A stretch of DNA of 64,000 bases from Syntrophales bacterium (GCA_963665615.2 CAXXQE010000001.1:761151-825150), one strand, 5' to 3'; shown: positions 50,076 to 59,025, counted from the stretch's first letter. Notes: generated by a model not told the origin, from the sequence alone. Numbers and translations: made by a program.

Positions 50076-53000
50076 ATGTCTGTAAAGAATACGCCGTCTG
50101 ATGCTCTTCTTCAATCAATCCGCTCCGGAAATTGTGTTCTTTTCATAGGTGCTGGACTGGGACATCACCTTAATAATCACGACGGGGCAACTTGTCCCGA
50201 TGGGGCGACATTGTCAAAACAACTGAGTGCTGAATTTAATCTAGACAATGAAATTGAAGATCTTTCGGTTTCATCTGCTTTAGTAGAAATTAGAAAAAGC
50301 CGTGGGGCCTTGCTCGATTATCTTAGAAAGCGGTTGCTTGCTTATGAGCCAGATGAAACTTATCGATGGTTATCCACAGTTCGTTGGAAAGCAATTTATA
50401 CAACAAATTTCGATGATGGACTATTGTCTGCGTATCATAAATCTGGAAATGCTGCTCAAAATATTGTTCCTATTTACGCGACTGCTGATTTTAAGGATTT
50501 TAGTTATTTTACAGATGTCCCTGTCTACTTCATACACGGTTGTCTTACCCAGCCTAGCCTACCGATTGTTATTACGCAGGATGATTATAGTCGCTTTCGA
50601 GAGAAAAGAAGAATGATGTTTGAACAACTAAAGATCCATCATGCTCAATGCTCTTTTTTATATATTGGCTATTCCCATAGAGATCACAATTGGCAAGTAA
50701 TATATTCGGAACTGTTATCAGAATTTCCTGAAGGTAAACTCCCGCGCTCTTATCGAATTGATCCAACACCCGATCTAAACCAGGCTGAAATACTTTCAAG
50801 TAAAGGAATAGAAACTGTTGCCTGCAATCTCAATACGCTTATTGATGCATATAAACAATATATTCAAGTGCAGGGAACAGTCTCACCTATGTGGAAGTTA
50901 CCGGAGCGTTGTCCTGCTGCGCTTGAAAATGCGTTTAACGAAGCCCCCGCAATGTGCAAACGTTTCCTTGGCAACTGGGAGTATGTGGGTGCAGCCGATA
51001 TACAAGAACAACCAAACATTGAGGAATACTATAAAGGGACAAAAGCAAATTGGTCGTTAATTGATACAGCAGCTAATTTTGAGCGGGATATTGAAGATGC
51101 AATCTTTGATAACATTCTTGATTTCGCGACTGATCCCATAAGTCGGTGTCGGGCCGAAATACTTCTTGCACCTGCTGGGTACGGAACTACAACTGTTTTA
51201 ATGGCACTTTCGTGGAAAGCAGTAAAAACAAATATGCTGCATGTACTCTTTATGAAGGATAGTGCATCTTTACTCGAAGGTGATGTTGACTTTGCAATAA
51301 ATAACTTAGACGGGAAGATTATTTTTGTGGTTGATCATGCCAATAGGTGCCATGAAATATTGAATGATGTAATTGTAAGGTGCAAGGTAGATAAGAGAAA
51401 TTGTTTTTTTCTTCTAGGTTCTCGGTTAAACGAATGGAGACAAGAAAGGCCAAGAGTGAAGTGCCGAGAGCATCTGATAGAATCGCTATCGCAAGCAGAA
51501 ATAGATCGACTTATAGACGTACTAAAAAAGAATAACTCATTGGGAGAGTTAGCAAATTTAGATGATGAATTGAGGCGAAAAATATTAATCAATAAACACC
51601 AGAAGGAACTCTTAGTGATAATGCGCGAAACCATTGAACATAATGGATTTGATGCAATTATTGAAAATGAGTACGAGGGAATTGATGATGATACCGTGAA
51701 GTCGCTGTATGGTGTTGTGGCTGGCATGCACCAATATGGCATTTTGTCACGGATGACTCTACTCGGTGATATGATAAAATGTAACATTGCAGATATGCCA
51801 TCATTAATATCAAACTATGCAGAAGGAATAATACGCATAGTCGAGGATCCCATTAATGAAGATGTTCAATGTCTGATTACGCGACATCGCATTATCTCAA
51901 AAATTGTCTGGCATAAATGCTTTGTAGGTCAAAAAAGAGAAAGCTTATTGTTGGAGTTGATGAAACATCTAAATATAACATACAGCCACGATAAAAAAGT
52001 GTTTGAAGAGATTACACGAGATGATGAGATCGTAGACTCAATACGTTCTTTCGAGGCGAGAACTGGATTTTATGAATCAGCGTGCAAAAAGGATATTAAC
52101 AATCCATATTTGCGACAGCATTATGCCAGAATGCTTCTTAGAGAGAAGAAATATAATTTGGCGCTTAGTCAAATTGAAGCTGGACTGAATATTGATGGCA
52201 ATGCCAGAATTCTATACCATACTAAAGGCCAAATTCTTGCGAAAATGGCACTCGATGCGGAGGATCAGCCGATCGGAGAGAAATACTTTGCAAGAGCAAT
52301 AGACTGCTTTAACATATGTATATCTAAAAATAGGACGGATGATTATGGGTATCAATCGTTAGCTCAACTATATATGGATTGGGCCACACGTGGGGATAAT
52401 CAAGAAACATTTGCAAGAAATATAAGTAGATGTGAAGAAGTAATAAGTGAAGGCCTTCGGCTAGTTAAAGAAAAAGAAAGTCTTTTGCTTGTTTCATCTA
52501 AGCTTGAAAGAATATTAGGAGATCAGCCAAAATGTATAGAATGGTTAAATAAGGCGCTTAAAGAGAATCCTGCGAGCGCCATCTGCAGATATTTGTTGGC
52601 GAGAGATGCTTATTATAAAAAAGATTATTCTAGAGTACTAACATTGTTAAAATTGACAATAGAAACACGTTTCGATGAGGTACGTAGCTTTATTCTTTAT
52701 GCAACGACCATCGCTATTGTGGAAGGTAATTATTCAGGTGCAATTGCCATTATGAAACAGGCTGATCCGATAGCGTGGTCGGATCCAACTTTCGTTGCTA
52801 CTCTTGGGGGAATGTATTCGTTGTCTGGTCAGGCAAGCGACGCTGATAACGTTTTTGAAAAAGCAAAGGAACAGAGGTTCCCTGAGGAAGAGGCAAGACA
52901 AATCAGATTTAACCCAATTAATTCTGCTGGAGAGCAGTGTGTTGCAACAGGCACAGTGATTGTAACAAAAGCTGGTTATCTACTTATACAGTCTCAACAG

Positions 53001-53141
53001 TATGGGAAATTTCTTTGCGCTTCTCCAAAGATTGGAGGTGCATATGTTAAAACTCAGACTCAACTGAAATATACTATGGCTTATACTGCAAAAGGCGGTG
53101 TTGCGCTGAATCCAGTAGTAGCTCAAGGCCAGACAGAGTAA
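50076..53141 (+). CDS. SIR2-like domain + STAND-like NTPase + TPR-like + OB-like protein; candidate anti-phage sensor-effector
   Basis: LFIGAG, IYTTNFD, FIHGC, YIGYSHRD (SIR2_2); APAGYGTTT and IIFVVD (Walker A/B-like); helical repeats; beta-rich C-terminus; visibly AT-richer than flanks. Confidence 0.8.
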   Translation: MSVKNTPSDALLQSIRSGNCVLFIGAGLGHHLNNHDGATCPDGATLSKQLSAEFNLDNEIEDLSVSSALVEIRKSRGALLDYLRKRLLAYEPDETYRWLSTVRWKAIYTTNFDDGLLSAYHKSGNAAQNIVPIYATADFKDFSYFTDVPVYFIHGCLTQPSLPIVITQDDYSRFREKRRMMFEQLKIHHAQCSFLYIGYSHRDHNWQVIYSELLSEFPEGKLPRSYRIDPTPDLNQAEILSSKGIETVACNLNTLIDAYKQYIQVQGTVSPMWKLPERCPAALENAFNEAPAMCKRFLGNWEYVGAADIQEQPNIEEYYKGTKANWSLIDTAANFERDIEDAIFDNILDFATDPISRCRAEILLAPAGYGTTTVLMALSWKAVKTNMLHVLFMKDSASLLEGDVDFAINNLDGKIIFVVDHANRCHEILNDVIVRCKVDKRNCFFLLGSRLNEWRQERPRVKCREHLIESLSQAEIDRLIDVLKKNNSLGELANLDDELRRKILINKHQKELLVIMRETIEHNGFDAIIENEYEGIDDDTVKSLYGVVAGMHQYGILSRMTLLGDMIKCNIADMPSLISNYAEGIIRIVEDPINEDVQCLITRHRIISKIVWHKCFVGQKRESLLLELMKHLNITYSHDKKVFEEITRDDEIVDSIRSFEARTGFYESACKKDINNPYLRQHYARMLLREKKYNLALSQIEAGLNIDGNARILYHTKGQILAKMALDAEDQPIGEKYFARAIDCFNICISKNRTDDYGYQSLAQLYMDWATRGDNQETFARNISRCEEVISEGLRLVKEKESLLLVSSKLERILGDQPKCIEWLNKALKENPASAICRYLLARDAYYKKDYSRVLTLLKLTIETRFDEVRSFILYATTIAIVEGNYSGAIAIMKQADPIAWSDPTFVATLGGMYSLSGQASDADNVFEKAKEQRFPEEEARQIRFNPINSAGEQCVATGTVIVTKAGYLLIQSQQYGKFLCASPKIGGAYVKTQTQLKYTMAYTAKGGVALNPVVAQGQTE

Positions 53142-53258
53142 CCGGAAGGGAATAAGAAAGGGAGTAAGGGGCAGGTCTACACTCCTGACAGTTTGATGTA
53201 ATTTTTCAGCCTGTCACTTGTCACTCGTTACTGCGGCGTAGCCGCCGCCGGAGATTGC

Positions 53259-53729
53259 ATGAAAATTTATGTCGATGCGGACGGTTTTCCAAAGTTGGCC
53301 AGGGATATCCTGGTCCGGGCTGCTTTGCGGTTGCGGGTTCCGCTTGTTTTTGTCGCCAACAAGGCTGTTCGTTACGATAAGTCGCCGTTGCTTTCGAGCC
53401 TTATTGTGTCGTCAGGGCCTGATATCGCTGACGACCGGATTGTTGAACTGGCACTTCCGGGGGATCTGGTTGTCACGGCCGATATCCCCCTGGCAGATCG
53501 CGTTGTCACCAAGGGGGCCTATGCGCTCAATCCCCGAGGCAAACTCTATACTGAAGAGAACATAAAGGAGCACCTGGCCGTGCGCGATCTGCTGAGCGAG
53601 CTGCGGGATGGCGGGCAGATCTCGGCAGATACGGGGGGACCGGCGGCCTATGGACAGAAGGACAGCCGGGCCTTTGCCAATCAGCTCGATCGCTTACTCG
53701 TTAGGTTGTTGAAAGAGGGCGCGGAATAG
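53259..53729 (+). CDS. YaiI/YqxD family protein (UPF0178)
   Basis: IYVDADG.P, D.ADDRIV...GDLVVTADIPLA, NPRG..Y, FANQLDR. Confidence 0.92.
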   Translation: MKIYVDADGFPKLARDILVRAALRLRVPLVFVANKAVRYDKSPLLSSLIVSSGPDIADDRIVELALPGDLVVTADIPLADRVVTKGAYALNPRGKLYTEENIKEHLAVRDLLSELRDGGQISADTGGPAAYGQKDSRAFANQLDRLLVRLLKEGAE

Positions 53730-53807
53730 TGCAGAATCAGGGAAAGCAGCAGGGGCGGCCCAAACTCTTGACAGTGTGATGGGATGCTTTTTCTGCCTGT
53801 CAACCGT

Positions 53808-53941
53808 GATGAACTCGTAACAAATCACGTTTCGTGTCATCCCCGCGAAGGCGGGGATCCATACCGCCTTGAAAAATCTGGATTCCCGCCTCCGCGGGAA
53901 TGACAATAAAGACTCGACGTTGACTTATTACGAGGCCTGTT
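53808..53941. mobile_element. 134-bp MITE-like element containing a dRS3-like palindrome pair
   Basis: Ends GATGAACTCGTAACAAATCA / TGACTTATTACGAGGCCTGTT; internal GTCATCCCCGCGAAGGCGGGGATCCA...TGGATTCCCGCCTCCGCGGGAATGAC. Confidence 0.7.
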
Positions 53942-54007
53942 ACCCGTGACTCGTCACTTGTTACCGCGGCGCTAGCCGCCGCGATGAGGATTCATAAGGA
54001 GAAAACT

Positions 54008-54391
54008 ATGAAACCGAGTGTCGTTTATAAAAAAATTGTAATGATGCGTGACCTGAACCCGGCCAATACGCTATATGGCGGAACAACGATGAGCTGGATC
54101 GACGAGGCCGCATCCATCTATGCATTTGAACTGCTCGGACGTCATTTTTCTCTCGTCACCATCAAAATTAGCGAGGTGCTGTTCAAGCTCCCCGTCAATT
54201 TGGGCGACCTGCTTACCTTTTCAGCCAGTCTGAACAAGGTTGGCCGCACGAGCCTGGATATCATGGTCAGGGTCCACAATGGCGAGCAGGAGGTCGTTTC
54301 TTGCGACGTCACGCTGGTTACGCTGGATGCGAACCGCAGGCCCACCCCACACGGCCTTCAACCGATCGACGAGACTTTGGAGTGCTCTTAG
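54008..54391 (+). CDS. Acyl-CoA thioesterase (hotdog fold, YciA-like)
   Basis: DLNPANTLYGG..MSWIDEAA, F..PV.LGD, VGRTSL. Confidence 0.9.
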   Translation: MKPSVVYKKIVMMRDLNPANTLYGGTTMSWIDEAASIYAFELLGRHFSLVTIKISEVLFKLPVNLGDLLTFSASLNKVGRTSLDIMVRVHNGEQEVVSCDVTLVTLDANRRPTPHGLQPIDETLECS

Positions 54392-54432
54392 ATTCGGAAA
54401 CAGATGGCGCAGCTTTGACACGAGACGAATGA

Positions 54433-54804
54433 TTGATGACATTGAATGATCGTAAAAATAATGAGGAGATCGTTTATTCCACGGCGTTTGGGAAGGCGTG
54501 TCCGAAATGCGGCAAGCCTGTCAATCAGTGTGTCTGTGACAAGGCGAAGGTGATCGTTCCCTCTGACGGGATTATCAGGATCAGCCGGGAAACGAAAGGT
54601 CGAAAAGGTGCCGGTGTATCGCTCATCACGGGTATCCCGCTCGATGCGGAAGGGCTGAAAAACCTGGCCCGTCAGTTGAAGCAGAAATGCGGCACGGGCG
54701 GTACGGTGAAAGCTGGCGTGATTGAGATTCAGGGCGATCAACGGGTCTTATTGCAGCAAGAGCTGATAAAGCTCGGATTCAAGGTAAAACTGGCCGGTGG
54801 CTGA
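54433..54804 (+). CDS. yciH: Translation initiation factor SUI1-like protein
   Basis: VYST..G..CP.C, RETKGRKGAGV, LKQKCGTGGTVK.GVIEIQGD, KLAGG. Confidence 0.93.
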   Translation: MMTLNDRKNNEEIVYSTAFGKACPKCGKPVNQCVCDKAKVIVPSDGIIRISRETKGRKGAGVSLITGIPLDAEGLKNLARQLKQKCGTGGTVKAGVIEIQGDQRVLLQQELIKLGFKVKLAGG

Positions 54805-54861
54805 GGGACTCAGGAATGTATTTAACCTTGTTGGCTAGAACCGGTTGGCAAGTTGAAAACG

Positions 54862-54911
54862 GATTCAGCCCTTGACACGAGACATTTCTGTTCTCTGTCA
54901 AGGGCTGAATC
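54862..54911. terminator. Hairpin between convergent yciH and PEP-CTERM genes
   Basis: GATTCAGCCCTTGACA ... TGTCAAGGGCTGAATC perfect 16-bp inverted repeat. Confidence 0.65.
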
Positions 54912-54956
54912 AAGTCTCTTCTAATTGCTGTTTGCCTTGCTATGCGTTTCGTGGAA

Positions 54957-55703
54957 TTAGTCGTTCCAGCGTCTGCGCAATCCGCCGATCCCCAATAAGC
55001 CTAATCCAAGAAGCAAGAGGCTCAATGGCTCGGGAACGCCATAATTTGACTCGACATCATGCTTCAGATCATCAAGTCCAACACCGCCTCCGTCGTCGTT
55101 CCATATGGATATTCCAGCAATATCCTTAATGCCGCCTTCTCGTGAAAATCCGTAGTATATATCGGCCAGGCCAGAAAGCGTTATGGTGTCAATCAAGCTT
55201 CCATCACGTTTGAAGAAACTGAGGTAGGCATTGCCGCCATTGCCGCCAATGATAGAAAAGCCGAACTCGGACTGGTCCGTGCTGAAGAGAACAGCGAAAG
55301 AGCCTTCCCCGATCGCGTCGAAATCTGGGTAACCGAGTTTGCCAAGCCCGTCGAGTACATTCCCGTATTTGCCTCCATAGTTGCCGGCAAAAATATTGAT
55401 GTTCTGCCCCTTAAGGCCGACCTGCAAAGCCAGGGAGCCGCTTGGGGCACCGCCCAATACGTCGTTGTTGCCGCTGTATGACAGGGTCTGGCCCACAAAC
55501 CTCTCGGCAAAAGCAGCGCCGCCCGAAGTAAATATGCTGTCGTAATTGACGCCAGGGGCTGCCACCTGGGGGAGATCTTCAAAGGTTATAACTTCTGATC
55601 CCGTGAGGCTGGCATAAGAAACCTGATTAACATTGGCGGCGAGGCCGGTCCCGCAGAGCAACATGATGTGAGCAAACGCAACAAGGAAAATTATTTTTCT
55701 CAT
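54957..55703 (-). CDS. PEP-CTERM sorting-domain exported protein
   Basis: N-terminal signal peptide; C-terminal VPEPLSLLLLGLGLLGIGGLRRR; GGAGGGAGG RBS. Confidence 0.93.
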   Translation of the reverse strand: MRKIIFLVAFAHIMLLCGTGLAANVNQVSYASLTGSEVITFEDLPQVAAPGVNYDSIFTSGGAAFAERFVGQTLSYSGNNDVLGGAPSGSLALQVGLKGQNINIFAGNYGGKYGNVLDGLGKLGYPDFDAIGEGSFAVLFSTDQSEFGFSIIGGNGGNAYLSFFKRDGSLIDTITLSGLADIYYGFSREGGIKDIAGISIWNDDGGGVGLDDLKHDVESNYGVPEPLSLLLLGLGLLGIGGLRRRWND

Positions 55704-55876
55704 CTTACATTCCTCCCTCCTTTTTTATTCTTTGGGATACCGAATTGCTGTTAATTAGAATTACTAAACTTTATCCTTCCAATCGCTTGTCTATTCTATA
55801 TTGCTGTCAAGGGGCTTAACAATCCGAGATGTCAACTGTTTTAGATAGTTAGAGCTACAATATTTCTCTAAAAAGA

Positions 55877-55973
55877 AGCAAAATTTGCACCAAGACATTA
55901 ACAGCTTAATATTATTAATAATTATTAATTTAACTTTGATGAAGGGCGTGCCAATGTGTAAAGAAAACTGACT
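55877..55973 (-). promoter_or_regulatory. Sigma54 -24/-12 promoter plus candidate upstream enhancer
   Basis: Minus strand TGGTGCAAATTTTGCT (GG-N10-GC) at 55877..55892; TGTAAAGAAAACTGACT at 55957..55973. Confidence 0.6.
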
Positions 55974-56297
55974 ATTGAAAGTGGAATGATTCCCTTCATA
56001 TTTCTAACTATTAGATATTACATGACAATTATTATTTATCAAATTATGTAAATTACTTCGACGCTGGGTGGAGAGGGTCTTGATATAGCTACTACCGGCT
56101 AAAGCCGTTATGTCTGGAATCGGTCGACCTGCCTCGGGAATATTGGTATATTGCAAAAATATATCCGTGTCAGGCAGAGACATTCTTGATATTGAGGAGA
56201 ATAGATGGTGGCGTCCAGCCCTCGACACGAGAGAATATCTCTGATTGTTGATCCAGGTTCATGTGAGCTGAAATGGTTGTCGAAGAAACGCCTCGCT

Positions 56298-56975
56298 ATG
56301 GAAATTAATAACTGCTATGTGATCCAATACGAGAAGTCACGCGCTGAAGTGTGCGGCCGCTATGCAGATGATGCCTGGCGAGAGATCATGGCGCTTGAAG
56401 TCGCCGCCTTCCGTCCAGAAGGCAGCGGGCATTGTCCACGAACGTGGTGCAAGCTGGCGTATGATACGGCGCATCTGTATGCGATCTTTCGGGTGGAGGA
56501 TCGCTATGTGCGGTGCGTGCAGACAGGGTTTCAAACGGATGTGTGGAAAGACAGCTGTGTCGAGCTTTTCCTGAAACCGGATGTGGGGCAAGGGTACTTC
56601 AATTTCGAATTCAACTGCGGGGGTTCGTTACTGGCTTCGTATGTGACCGATCATGTGCGGATAGACGGGCGGGTCAAGGCGGCTGTTCCGCTCGACGCGG
56701 AGGATGATGCGAAGATCCGCCGTTATCACAGTCTGCCGTCTATTGTCGAGCCTGAGATTGCGGAGGATGTGGTCTGGACGCTTGCATGCGCGATCCCCTT
56801 CGCTGTCATGGAAAAGTACGCGGGACCGTTCGGCGATCTGAGCGGTCGCACCTGGCGAGGCAATGTTTACAAGTGCGGGAATGAAACCTCGCATCCGCAC
56901 TGGGGCGCCTGGTCGCCCCTGACTGAAAGGAACTTTCATCTGCCGGAGTGTTTCGGCGAATTTATTTTTTGCTGA
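56298..56975 (+). CDS. Carbohydrate-binding family 9-like (DOMON-like) protein
   Basis: VW.DSCVE.F..P...GYFNFEFNCGG.LL, WRGN.YKCG.ETSHPHW..WSP...NFH.P.CFG. Confidence 0.85.
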   Translation: MEINNCYVIQYEKSRAEVCGRYADDAWREIMALEVAAFRPEGSGHCPRTWCKLAYDTAHLYAIFRVEDRYVRCVQTGFQTDVWKDSCVELFLKPDVGQGYFNFEFNCGGSLLASYVTDHVRIDGRVKAAVPLDAEDDAKIRRYHSLPSIVEPEIAEDVVWTLACAIPFAVMEKYAGPFGDLSGRTWRGNVYKCGNETSHPHWGAWSPLTERNFHLPECFGEFIFC

Positions 56976-57067
56976 TTGCAAGTTTGACTTGCAATTTGAG
57001 ATGACCGGCGGTGTTGTTCGGGAATCAAGTTGCTTATTTTCTGGATCCCCGCTACCCAACAGGGTGC

Positions 57068-57144
57068 GTCATTACGAGCCGCCTCTCAGGCGGCGTGGTA
57101 ATCTCATGAAAGATTGCCGCGTCGCTGCCGCTCCTCGCAATGAC
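57068..57144. repeat. GTCATT..AATGAC REP-like palindrome (same family and 77-bp length as 46884..46960)
   Basis: GTCATTACGAG...CGTGGTAATCTC...GATTGCCGCG...CTCGCAATGAC. Confidence 0.75.
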
Positions 57145-57206
57145 AATCATGGTGGGGGCTGGTCGTGTATGAAATTTACTTTTGATCTTGGCGCGAAAGG
57201 GTAGTA

Positions 57207-58367
57207 GTGACTGAAACATCAAAACAAAAAGCTCGAAACTCAGAACCCGGAACTCAGAACCCCGAACCGGGGTCTTCCAACTCCGAACCCAGAACTCTGA
57301 ACTCTGAACTCCGCATGGTTGCCTGGGAACTCACGCGGAGCTGCAATCTCGCCTGTGTGCACTGTCGGGCATCGTCGCTGTGCGGGCCATACCAAGGGGA
57401 ACTCGACACGACGGCGTGTCTGAGGCTGATCGACGATATTGCCTCTTTCAGCAAGCCCGTCATCATCCTTACAGGCGGGGAGCCGCTTCTTCGGCCGGAT
57501 GTTTATGAAATCGCCAGATACGGGACGGACAAGGGGCTGCGGATGGTGCTGGCGACGAACGGAACGCTGCTGACGGACGCGTCTGCGTCCCGGATGAAGG
57601 CAGCGGGCATCCAGCGGATCAGTATCAGCCTCGATGGGGCGGACGCAAAGCGGCACGATGAATTCCGCAAAGTGCCGGGTGCCTTTTACGGCGCTCTGAA
57701 GGGCATTGAGGTTCTGAAACGGGTTGGGATCGAGTTTCAGATTAATACGACGATCACGCAGGCTAATCTCGATCAGGTGGGCGATATCCTCAGACTGGCG
57801 GAAAAGCTCGGCGCGGTGGCGCATCACATCTTCCTCCTAGTGCCGACAGGTCGGGGCAAGGAGATGGCGGATCAGGCCATTTCTGCCGAGGACTATGAGA
57901 AGACGCTTCACTGGTTTTATAAAGAGAGCCAGGGTTGCGCGCTTCAGCTCAAGGCGACCTGCGCGCCGCACTATTTCCGGATTCTGAAACAGAAGCAGGG
58001 CAGGGGAGAACAACCGGTCATACCGAAACCCGCGGGGCACGGTCATTCCGGCGAGCTGGCGGCGATGACACGCGGATGCCTCGGCGGCATTTCGTTCTGT
58101 TTCATCTCGCACACCGGTCAGGTACAGCCTTGCGGCTATCTGGAAATCGACTGCGGGCAAACAAAGGAAAAGTCCTTCCGCGAGATCTGGGAGACGTCGC
58201 CGGATTTTCTTGCACTCAGGGACCTCAAGCGCTACAAAGGCAAGTGCGGGTGCTGCGAGTATCTTGATGTGTGCGGCGGCTGCCGGGCGCGAGCCTATGA
58301 GGCGACGGGGGATTATCTGGCGGAGGAGCCGTTGTGCGTGTACCGGCCAGGAAGAAGTGACGAGTGA
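57207..58367 (+). CDS. ahbD: Heme b synthase (radical SAM/SPASM)
   Basis: LRMVAWELTRSCNLACVHCRA, LTGGEPL, FLLVPTGRG, KATCAPHYFR, TRGCLGG..FCFISH.G.VQPCGYL. Confidence 0.93.
   Translation: MTETSKQKARNSEPGTQNPEPGSSNSEPRTLNSELRMVAWELTRSCNLACVHCRASSLCGPYQGELDTTACLRLIDDIASFSKPVIILTGGEPLLRPDVYEIARYGTDKGLRMVLATNGTLLTDASASRMKAAGIQRISISLDGADAKRHDEFRKVPGAFYGALKGIEVLKRVGIEFQINTTITQANLDQVGDILRLAEKLGAVAHHIFLLVPTGRGKEMADQAISAEDYEKTLHWFYKESQGCALQLKATCAPHYFRILKQKQGRGEQPVIPKPAGHGHSGELAAMTRGCLGGISFCFISHTGQVQPCGYLEIDCGQTKEKSFREIWETSPDFLALRDLKRYKGKCGCCEYLDVCGGCRARAYEATGDYLAEEPLCVYRPGRSDE
57234..57310 (-). repeat. Heptamer right arm (CNGAACY type) inside the 5' end of ahbD
   Basis: cgaaact-cagaacc-cggaact-cagaacc-ccgaacc ... 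ccgaacc-cagaact-ctgaact-ctgaact; inverted relative to 49839..49873. Confidence 0.85.
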
Positions 58368-58545
58368 CAAGTCACAAGTGACAGGTAAAAGACCAATAAC
58401 AGTTGCCGGGTTCCAGTTTATGATTTTCATTTGCCTGGCAAGTTGCCCGTTGGGTTTTAGTTAAATCGCTGTGACACTGCCTATGGCATGGCATCGGATA
58501 TTTTTCTGCTGGTCGCTCGTTACTAGTTACTTGTTACTCGTCACT
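58356..58545. repeat. Inverted heptamer arms (AGTGACA type), ahbD/ahbA junction
   Basis: Left 58356..58390; right 58511..58545 ggtcgct-cgttact-agttact-tgttact-cgtcact. Confidence 0.9.
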
Positions 58546-58574
58546 ATGGCGGTAGACGCTATAGAGGAACGAAC

Positions 58575-59021
58575 ATGGATGAGATTGATAAAAAAATATT
58601 GAATCTGTTGCAGACGGATTTCCCGGTCGAGGAGGAACCTTTCAGGCGGATTGGAGAGCAGGTTGGCATTTCGGAGGATGAGGTCCTGCAGCGGGTTCAA
58701 ACCCTCAAGGATGAGAAGATCATTCGCCGGATCGGGGCTGTCTTCGATTTGCGCAGGCTCGGTTATGTGAGCACACTCTGTGCCGCCAGGGTTCCGGAAA
58801 AAGACATTGACGCCGTCGCTCGTGTGGTGAATGATTGTCCGGAGGTTACGCACAACTATGTGCGCAGCCATGAGTACAATGTCTGGTTTACGGTGATCGC
58901 GCCATCGGAAGAGGCCTTGCAGGAGACGATAGACAGGATAAAGGCCAAGACGGGTATTGATGAGATCTTGGATTTGAGGGCCACGAAGACGTTTAAGATT
59001 AACGCGAGCTTTGAAGTTTAA
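58575..59021 (+). CDS. ahbA: Siroheme decarboxylase alpha subunit (AsnC/Lrp-like)
   Basis: LQTDFP...PF, IIRRIGA.FD...LGY.STLCAA.V, VTHNY.R.H.YNVWFT. Confidence 0.9.
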   Translation: MDEIDKKILNLLQTDFPVEEEPFRRIGEQVGISEDEVLQRVQTLKDEKIIRRIGAVFDLRRLGYVSTLCAARVPEKDIDAVARVVNDCPEVTHNYVRSHEYNVWFTVIAPSEEALQETIDRIKAKTGIDEILDLRATKTFKINASFEV

Positions 59022-59025
59022 ATGG

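Noticed and set aside
49839..57310. Integron cassette array
   Set aside because: No IntI and no attC-type RYYYAAC...GTTRRRY sites recognised; the repeats are of other types.
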